From an uncultured bacterium (GTDB lineage: Bacteria; Hydrogenedentota; Hydrogenedentia; Hydrogenedentales; JAEUWI01): DNA of 22,381 bases. The notes beneath the pieces are model-generated. The model was not told the origin of the DNA, ran no database searches, and saw only the letters and a list, made by a program, of their open reading frames with translations. The first letter of the stretch is position 1, and each line of letters starts with the position of its first letter. The stretch spans positions 1 through 22,381 of the forward strand of contig CAXBPH010000098.1 in assembly GCA_963977445.1 (NCBI GenBank). Reading direction: 5' to 3'. Positions 15,975 through 22,381 of the stretch are shown in pieces. Made by a program: the position numbers and the translations under genes.

Positions 15975-17561
15975 TTGCCTTCGACCTTTGCCAACCTATA
16001 CATAACGCTCTTCATCGCTATACTCCTCGGCCTCAGCGGCTGCGGTAATGAGGACAACTCGAAAATCGCGGCACTCCCGGGCGCAAACTACAACATCGCC
16101 ATCATCCTGGTGGATACACTGCGTCCGGACCATCTTGGTTGTTATGGCTACGACAAGCCGACCTCACCCACCATCGACAAACTCGCTGCCGAAGGCGTTC
16201 TTTTCGAAAACGCCTACTCCGCATCAACCTTCACCGGCGAAGCCGTTTCCGCACTGTTTACGGGCCGTCCACCGGCCATGAACTCCACCGGCCTCGGCTG
16301 GACCTCTCGCCCCACGCCCATGGACGAAAACTTACCGAAACGCCTCGAAGCGGCCGGATACAAGACGGGGATTTTTTCCACGTCCTTCGTCATGCGCTTC
16401 CGGGGCTTCTATGACAGCTTTCAGGAGGCAGAGCTCTTTCCCGGCATGGCAAATTCCTCGTCCTTGGACACCCAACTTACGGATGCCGCCCTCGACTTCT
16501 CCAAACGACATCAAGGTGAGCGAACCTTTCAATACCTGCACTATTACGCGCCCCACGCCCCCTACAACCCACCTCCCGAAAATCTGGCCCCCTTTCACCT
16601 GGACCGGGCGGTTCTTACCCCCTCCGAAGACAGCCATCCCGCAGCACTCGTGTCTGAAGGCATGGAGAAAAACGACCCTCGTCTCGCCGAATTCAAGAAA
16701 CACTATGACGGCGAAATCGCCTTCATCGACCAGTCCATCCAACGCTATATCGACGGATTACGGGAACTCGGGCAACTCTCCAATACCCTCATTGTTCTCG
16801 TCTCTGACCATGGCGAGGAATTCATGGAGCATGGATTCGCCGATCATGCCTGGACGCTCTATGAGGAGACCCTGCGCATCCCCCTCATCATCTGGGCTCC
16901 CGACCTTATCGATGGTCAACGGGTACAGGAACGGGTTTCCATCTGCGATGTCATGCCCACCGTGTTGCAATTAACCCACCAGGGCTACCGCGCCCCCGAA
17001 AGCACCGTGGCAGGCCAAAGCCTTTTCGTACCCGGCGAAACGGCCTGGACCTATAGCCCGCGGACGAATCCCATTTACGCCTCTCTCTTCCCAGAGAGTC
17101 GGGCACAACTCCATGCGGTACTCTACGACGACTTCAAATACATTGCCGGACCCCGATGGCTCGATGGCGACGCCTGTCGTCGATTCTGGTTTTTACAGGG
17201 CACCATGGCGACCAAAGCAAAGTCCGCTGATTTTCTCCCGCTCGATCCGTGGGCACCGCCCATGCATGAAGCCCTCTACAATCTTCGTGAAGACCCTGGC
17301 GAGACCAATAATCTCCTGGACACCGACGATGCACTTGGTGAAACGGGGCGCAGGCTGTTGGGCGAATACAAAGACGCCGGCGCGCCCTATCAAAAGGAAG
17401 GGGCCCCTACCACCCTCATCGATCCCTTTGACCATGCGTTCGTCGAGTCGGCCCTTCAGGACCTGAAAGATTCAAGCGATTCAAAGGATGCAACTCCCCC
17501 CGAGGAAAGTCGAATCAGTCCCGAGGTCATTGAGAGTCTCGAAACCATGGGCTATTTGTGA
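15975..17561 (+). CDS. Sulfatase-like hydrolase/transferase (alkaline phosphatase superfamily), predicted lipoprotein
   Basis: Hydrophobic leader plus LSGC lipobox (Cys23). IILVDTLRPDHLGCYGY, FENAYS...T....SALFTGR, HYYAPHAPY, YDGEIAFID, VSDHGEEF, EALYNL..DPGE, C-terminal LETMGYL. TTG start is uncertain. Confidence 0.85.
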   Translation: MPSTFANLYITLFIAILLGLSGCGNEDNSKIAALPGANYNIAIILVDTLRPDHLGCYGYDKPTSPTIDKLAAEGVLFENAYSASTFTGEAVSALFTGRPPAMNSTGLGWTSRPTPMDENLPKRLEAAGYKTGIFSTSFVMRFRGFYDSFQEAELFPGMANSSSLDTQLTDAALDFSKRHQGERTFQYLHYYAPHAPYNPPPENLAPFHLDRAVLTPSEDSHPAALVSEGMEKNDPRLAEFKKHYDGEIAFIDQSIQRYIDGLRELGQLSNTLIVLVSDHGEEFMEHGFADHAWTLYEETLRIPLIIWAPDLIDGQRVQERVSICDVMPTVLQLTHQGYRAPESTVAGQSLFVPGETAWTYSPRTNPIYASLFPESRAQLHAVLYDDFKYIAGPRWLDGDACRRFWFLQGTMATKAKSADFLPLDPWAPPMHEALYNLREDPGETNNLLDTDDALGETGRRLLGEYKDAGAPYQKEGAPTTLIDPFDHAFVESALQDLKDSSDSKDATPPEESRISPEVIESLETMGYL

Positions 17562-17588
17562 GTCTTAGAACATGCCGTCTGGCCTGAA

Positions 17589-19226
17589 TCACCAGCCGGG
17601 AACACCCTGCTGTTCCACCAGTGCCACGACGATCCGGTCCCGGAGTTGGACGGTATCGTCAGGCCGAAAGCAGGAATGCTGAAGTACCCCATCCAGTTCC
17701 TCCCGAGAAGGAAGACCCCCAATAATCCGGTGGGCCGCCGCGAGATTCAAGGAGGTCGATTCGGCAACAAAGTAGTCCGCCAAGTCTCGAAATATGCCTT
17801 CGCCACCTGAACTTCTACGGGTGACACTCTCCGCCGCGTAAATCCGCTCAAAGGACGCACCAAAGTCACCCACATGCCGTTGCTCGACAAAGAGTCGCTT
17901 CAGGTCGCCCCCGGCCGATTGAACATAGGCATTGAGCAACCCGTGAAACACTTCTTTGGGTGTCCCCGTTTCGGGGTTACAGGCATCCAACTGGGCCACG
18001 AGACGTTGCATCGCCGTCAAACGACATATCTCTGTGGTGCCCTCGTAGAGCCGGGTTACCCGGGCATCCCGAAACGCCTTCGCCGCCGGATACTCCTCAC
18101 TGAAACCATAGCCGCCATAGAGTTGGAGCATGTTGTCGGTGAAGGTACCCAATGATTCCGTTGCAAAAGCCTTAACCAAGGCACATTCGAGGGCGAAGCC
18201 CTGGAGAACCATCAATCGGTCTCGAGCCTCCAGTACGGCACCATCTCCACGGGCCGCCGTAAGGGCCGACTCCATGGCACTGGCAACACGATAAACGGTG
18301 GACTCCGCAGCGTAGACCAGGGAAGCCATGCGTGCCAGTCGATCACGGAGCATGCCAAACTCCGAGATGGAATGGCCAAAGGCCCGTCGTTCGCTTGTGT
18401 AGGTGATGGCTTGGGGCAATAGACTTTTCATTTTACCCACACACGCGGCCGCCAGCTTGAGTCGGCCCACGTTGAGCATGTTTAGCGCTATCTTGTGGCC
18501 CTGTCCCGGTTCACCGAGGACACCGTCGTGCTCTACGTCCACATCCTCGTAGGAAACGCTACAGGTAGACGAGGCATGCTGCCCCAGTTTGCGTTCCTCA
18601 GGTCCCACAGAAACACCCATGACCCTCCCATCAACGAGAAAGGCCGTAACCCCCACCTCAGGAACCCGTGCGAAGGTGATAAAGCAGTCCGCATAGGCAC
18701 CATTGGTGATGAATTGCTTGGCACCATTGATACGGAAACCCGATGCCGTGGGCACCGCACGCGTCTTCAGGGCCAGGGCATCAGAACCGCAATGGGCTTC
18801 GGTAAGGGCAAAGGCCATGATACATTTTCCAGAGGCCGCGCGGGGCAAATAGCGCGCGCGCTGATCGGCATCGCCAAAGCAGGCCACAGGCAACATTCCC
18901 ACCCCCTGGTGGACCATAAACCCAACACTCAGGCTGTTTCCCCAGCCCATGGCTTCCCCCAGCAGGGTGGCATCCAAAACGCCAAACCCAAGGCCGCCAT
19001 CTGCCTCATCGAGTTCTGCGCAGAAGACCCCGAGTTCTGCACACTTCTGAAAGAGGGAACGGGCGAGGCCATCGTCCTTTCGGGCCAAGGCGTCTTCGGT
19101 CGGCCCCATCGTTTCCAGGCAGAACTGCTTCACGCTCTCGTAAAACAGCCGTTGGGTGTCCGTCGCGTGTTCTGGAAACCAAAGGGCACCCCCGTCCGCA
19201 GCACCACCAAAAAAGCACTCACCCAT
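17589..19226 (-). CDS. Acyl-CoA dehydrogenase (long, FadE/ACAD9-like with C-terminal extension)
   Basis: AFALTEAHCGSDA, INGAKQFITNG, EERKLGQHASST, LGEPGQGHKIALNMLNVGRL, R.AFG..I..F, QLYGGYGFSEEY, FRDARVTRLYEGTTEI (catalytic Glu). ATG 19226 with GAGG upstream; GTG 19232 is an alternative start. Confidence 0.92.
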   Translation of the reverse strand: MGECFFGGAADGGALWFPEHATDTQRLFYESVKQFCLETMGPTEDALARKDDGLARSLFQKCAELGVFCAELDEADGGLGFGVLDATLLGEAMGWGNSLSVGFMVHQGVGMLPVACFGDADQRARYLPRAASGKCIMAFALTEAHCGSDALALKTRAVPTASGFRINGAKQFITNGAYADCFITFARVPEVGVTAFLVDGRVMGVSVGPEERKLGQHASSTCSVSYEDVDVEHDGVLGEPGQGHKIALNMLNVGRLKLAAACVGKMKSLLPQAITYTSERRAFGHSISEFGMLRDRLARMASLVYAAESTVYRVASAMESALTAARGDGAVLEARDRLMVLQGFALECALVKAFATESLGTFTDNMLQLYGGYGFSEEYPAAKAFRDARVTRLYEGTTEICRLTAMQRLVAQLDACNPETGTPKEVFHGLLNAYVQSAGGDLKRLFVEQRHVGDFGASFERIYAAESVTRRSSGGEGIFRDLADYFVAESTSLNLAAAHRIIGGLPSREELDGVLQHSCFRPDDTVQLRDRIVVALVEQQGVPGW

Positions 19227-19267
19227 GGTCACCTACCCTCTGCAATTGCGTTTAACTATGCTACAGC

Positions 19268-19297
19268 TTGCGTGAGCTTCCCCGCCCTCGCTATGAT
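19268..19297 (+). promoter_or_regulatory. Putative sigma70-type promoter for the HAD gene (in the divergent intergenic region)
   Basis: TTGCGT (19268-19273), 18-nt spacer, TATGAT (19292-19297), about 60 nt upstream of ATG 19359. Confidence 0.45.
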
Positions 19298-19358
19298 TCG
19301 GCACCACCAGCGCCTACCGATATACACCACTATACGCCGCTGACATGGAAAGGTCGAA

Positions 19359-20735
19359 ATGTCTCTCAGGCTGCCCAAATTTACTGACAGCGCCACCGCA
19401 ACGAAACTCCTTACGAACTTGGGTGAGGAATTCGCCGTCGTAGCCAATCTCTCTCATGTCTTCCCACCCTACGAGCTCTATCCCCTCGCTCCCGGACGAA
19501 AACGACTGGCCCACCGGCTTCGTGCTGCGGTGATGGATATGGACGGCACGACAACGACCACGGAGCCCCTCTGCATCAATGCGCTGGAGACGATGGTCGG
19601 ACGAATCAGCGGCAAAAACACCCAACCCGATTGGCCGGGCCTCGATCCAAGAACCGACTACCCCCACATCATCGGCAACAGTAGCACCCGCCATGTGGAA
19701 TACCTCCTTCAGACGTATGGCCATACCATTCAACCTCAATTGTTCATGGAGGCCCTGGTGCAGGCGGCCGCGTGGACCCTGGGGTTTTCGCAGGATGCAT
19801 CGCGAAAATCGGACCTGGAAAACATGCTGGACATACTGGGCATAGACCGACTTAAGTCGGACCCGCGATTCCGTGTGCTATGCACCACCGAACGCCATGA
19901 CGGCAACGACGAGCGCTCCGCGATTGGGACGCTCGCCTCCGAGCTCATAGACGCCTTCCCGGGCACCGACTTCCCACGACTCACCCGGGCCGCGGTGGAG
20001 ATCTATTACCAACGCTACCATGAGTTATTGTCCGCGGTCGCCTGCGCCAATGGAGCACCCCTGCCTGCCTACATTGGCGCGCCGTCGGATGGCCTGCTGA
20101 TTCAACCCATGCCCGGTATTGGAATGTATCTTGCCCTCGTAACCGGTATGTTGGGTGATGAAGCCGCAACATGCTATGCACCACTGGCGGCCCACCTGAA
20201 AACATCGGGCATCGCGATATCATTGCCCGTCGATGACGGTGAGGCCCAACTGGCCTCGCTGGGAAGGCATTTTAAGGCCCACCCGGCGCGGGTAGCCCTC
20301 GTCACATCCTCTATCGCCTACGAAGCGCAGGTTGTCCTCGACGAAGTCTTCCGCCAGCTCTATGATGAGGTCCTGGACTGGGGATTGTCTCAGGAATGCA
20401 CAACGCGTATACGGAATCGATTCCAGTCACCAACGACCTTCTACGATGCCATCGTTACCGCCTCAGACTCCTGTGAAATGCGCCTGAAACCCCACCGCGA
20501 TCTCTATTCCCTGGCCTTGGGCCGCCTTGGCCTCCATCCAGATGAATTTGGTGATGTGGCGGGATTCGAGGATAGTGAATCAGGAACCATTGCCATTCGT
20601 GCGGCAGGGATTTCCGTCTGCTGTGCCCTGCCTTTTCACCTGACCACCGGGCACGCTTTCGAAGCAGCGACGCACACCTGTGTTGGAGGACTCCCCCAGG
20701 TCATCCTCCAGGAGCGCTGTTTCCTGCCCGAATAG
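19359..20735 (+). CDS. HAD-superfamily phosphatase/hydrolase with a very large cap insertion
   Basis: Motif I AVMDMDGT (D60/D62), motif II ALVTSS, motif III KPH..LY, motif IV FEDSESG..A..AAG. GGAAAGG SD. Confidence 0.8.
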   Translation: MSLRLPKFTDSATATKLLTNLGEEFAVVANLSHVFPPYELYPLAPGRKRLAHRLRAAVMDMDGTTTTTEPLCINALETMVGRISGKNTQPDWPGLDPRTDYPHIIGNSSTRHVEYLLQTYGHTIQPQLFMEALVQAAAWTLGFSQDASRKSDLENMLDILGIDRLKSDPRFRVLCTTERHDGNDERSAIGTLASELIDAFPGTDFPRLTRAAVEIYYQRYHELLSAVACANGAPLPAYIGAPSDGLLIQPMPGIGMYLALVTGMLGDEAATCYAPLAAHLKTSGIAISLPVDDGEAQLASLGRHFKAHPARVALVTSSIAYEAQVVLDEVFRQLYDEVLDWGLSQECTTRIRNRFQSPTTFYDAIVTASDSCEMRLKPHRDLYSLALGRLGLHPDEFGDVAGFEDSESGTIAIRAAGISVCCALPFHLTTGHAFEAATHTCVGGLPQVILQERCFLPE

Positions 20736-20750
20736 GTCCCCCAGCAGCCC

Positions 20751-22381
20751 CTACTTCACCACGGAACCCGCACCAACGCCCAGTCGATTGCCTGTGAAGG
20801 TCATATTCTCTTCACTGGTCTGGTTGTAACGTATGGGTTCGCCAGAGGTGTCGTAGATGGTGTTATATTCCACCGTGAACCCTTTACTGCCTTCATCAAA
20901 GAAGATACCGTTGTTGGGCGCACCTCCATGGGCATAGATGCTCCGGTGTACATCGTGAAACAAATTGCCCCGAATCACCGCTCCAGGCTGGAAACCGAGG
21001 GTGTAGAGGCACCCGCCATCGGCCAGAATTTTCATCGTATCATGCACGTGATTCCACGCGATGAGGGCGTCCTGCTGACTGGTCTTGGATTCGTTCCAGC
21101 GGAACCCCACCGAAATCCCCGTATAGGGCATGTCGCGGACCACGTTTCGGGTAATCTCCGTCCCCTGTGCAAAGGCATCAAATACACCGACACATCCATG
21201 ATTGATGGCACCGCAGCGTTCAATCAGGTTCTCATTGATGACGTTGGCCAGAGGCACATCTACCGGACGGGTCCAGTCGGCGGAAAGATAACCATCTTCC
21301 CCTGCAGACTCACGGGCCATTTCGCCGATGCCACGCCAGCCAACCATCACCCCGTTACCGCCAATATCTGCGATGGTACACCCTTCAACACGATTCCCCC
21401 GAGCGCCAGCTCCAAATCCGATTCCGCAGGCACCCAGATTCGAAATGAGGGCATTCTTAACGCTGCATTGCTCGGCATAGAGAAAAGAAAGGGCCAGGGG
21501 CAAGACGTAGGTTGGCTCTTCGATGCGGGTGCCGTAATGGCCGGCCTGTATGCCCATATAGCCAAAGGCCGGCAGTTCCCAACGGGTGTGGGCGAAATTA
21601 ATACCTTCGAAGTGAAGATTGTAGAGGGGGGCGTCTGCCGTACCGTGGACCTCCATGAGCGACTCGGCGACGGGGGCGACAAAGCGTCGCGTATTGGGGT
21701 CCTCCCCTTTGGCCGCCTGGTAAGTCAGGATGCCCGTGCTCTCATCGAGGTACCATTCACCCGGCACATCCACGAAGGGCAAGGCATTCTCCACATAGGT
21801 CGGTTTGTTGTTACTCGCACTCGTCATGGAGCCATGACCTATCCAGCCCATGGGATTGCTTAGTTTCAGTGTGCGATCGCTGGATGACATGATACCCACG
21901 CGGGAAATGGACCAGTTTTGAAACATGACCAGTTCGGCATTAAATCCGGCCAGATTCTCCACCCCGGGCGAGGTATCGAGAACGATACCCGTAAGGTCGT
22001 CGGAAACACCGGCTACCCGAAGAATATCCGGGGCGTTGGGGAAACGTCCCCGGGGCAGCCGCTCCCCATCGGCAAAGAGCTGCCGAAATTTCCACGTTCC
22101 GGCGGCAACGTCGGGAAGGGTAACGGTCCATTGATTGTTTTTTCCGACCACCCAGTCGGTAATGATTCGCCCACCCGATAGCTGCGCCGATTCCCCCGGA
22201 TAGGCGGCATAGGTCACCCGGTATTCTTTGTCCCCCCCATCCGACGCATCGAAATGGAGCGGTGCGGTGAGAGTGTAAACGCCTTCGCGCAGAAATATGG
22301 TTACATCGCTCTTCAGGTCGCCATGGCCGGCCCGCACCGCCTGTTGAGCAGCGTGCACGGTGGCAAACGGGGCCTCCAGAC
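20751..22381 (-). CDS. Right-handed parallel beta-helix (pectin-lyase fold, GH141-like) protein, 5'-truncated by the window edge
   Basis: The frame stays open past the track's GTG 22358 to the window end (...LEAPFATVHAAQ, the typical PFAT motif). LREGVY, YAAYPGE..LSGG, RQLF.DG.R..R.R.PN, YVENAL..VD.PGEWYLD, Asn-ladder PbH1-type repeats, DGG.LY and GIFFDEGS. Confidence 0.8.
   Translation of the reverse strand, partial: LEAPFATVHAAQQAVRAGHGDLKSDVTIFLREGVYTLTAPLHFDASDGGDKEYRVTYAAYPGESAQLSGGRIITDWVVGKNNQWTVTLPDVAAGTWKFRQLFADGERLPRGRFPNAPDILRVAGVSDDLTGIVLDTSPGVENLAGFNAELVMFQNWSISRVGIMSSSDRTLKLSNPMGWIGHGSMTSASNNKPTYVENALPFVDVPGEWYLDESTGILTYQAAKGEDPNTRRFVAPVAESLMEVHGTADAPLYNLHFEGINFAHTRWELPAFGYMGIQAGHYGTRIEEPTYVLPLALSFLYAEQCSVKNALISNLGACGIGFGAGARGNRVEGCTIADIGGNGVMVGWRGIGEMARESAGEDGYLSADWTRPVDVPLANVINENLIERCGAINHGCVGVFDAFAQGTEITRNVVRDMPYTGISVGFRWNESKTSQQDALIAWNHVHDTMKILADGGCLYTLGFQPGAVIRGNLFHDVHRSIYAHGGAPNNGIFFDEGSKGFTVEYNTIYDTSGEPIRYNQTSEENMTFTGNRLGVGAGSVVK

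Noticed and set aside
17470..17490. GATTCAA direct repeat
   Set aside because: Two copies within coding sequence (DSSDSKD low-complexity linker); not an array.
3829..21863. Other long alternative ORFs (3829-4686, 6503-7198, 7209-8030, 18495-19343, 20928-21863) and many short ones
   Set aside because: All overlap well-supported genes on the opposite strand or in another frame and lack family signatures.
1..22381. CRISPR arrays, IS elements, prophage, rRNA/tRNA
   Set aside because: No spaced repeats, transposase/integrase/phage motifs or RNA-gene signatures seen; all intergenic gaps are under 180 nt.

Overview
A gene-dense, moderately GC-rich bacterial chromosomal window with 16 protein-coding genes; I saw no mobile elements, CRISPR arrays or RNA genes. 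On the + strand, in order: a 5'-truncated GH57 alpha-amylase/4-alpha-glucanotransferase, ptsH, ptsI, dxr, rseP, aspartate kinase and pyruvate kinase. A tightly coupled four-gene operon follows: SAM methyltransferase-bshC-bshB1-bshA. It encodes a complete bacillithiol pathway led by a candidate NmbA-type N-methyltransferase, which suggests N-methyl-bacillithiol and is the most interesting element here. Next come a GT-C-like membrane protein and a sulfatase-fold lipoprotein lacking the FGly motif (+), an acyl-CoA dehydrogenase (-), an unusually large HAD hydrolase (+), and a 5'-truncated right-handed beta-helix protein (-). The gene content looks non-Firmicute, possibly Hydrogenedentota or a PVC-like lineage, but that is an unverified impression. 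All calls come from reading motifs by eye; no searches were run.
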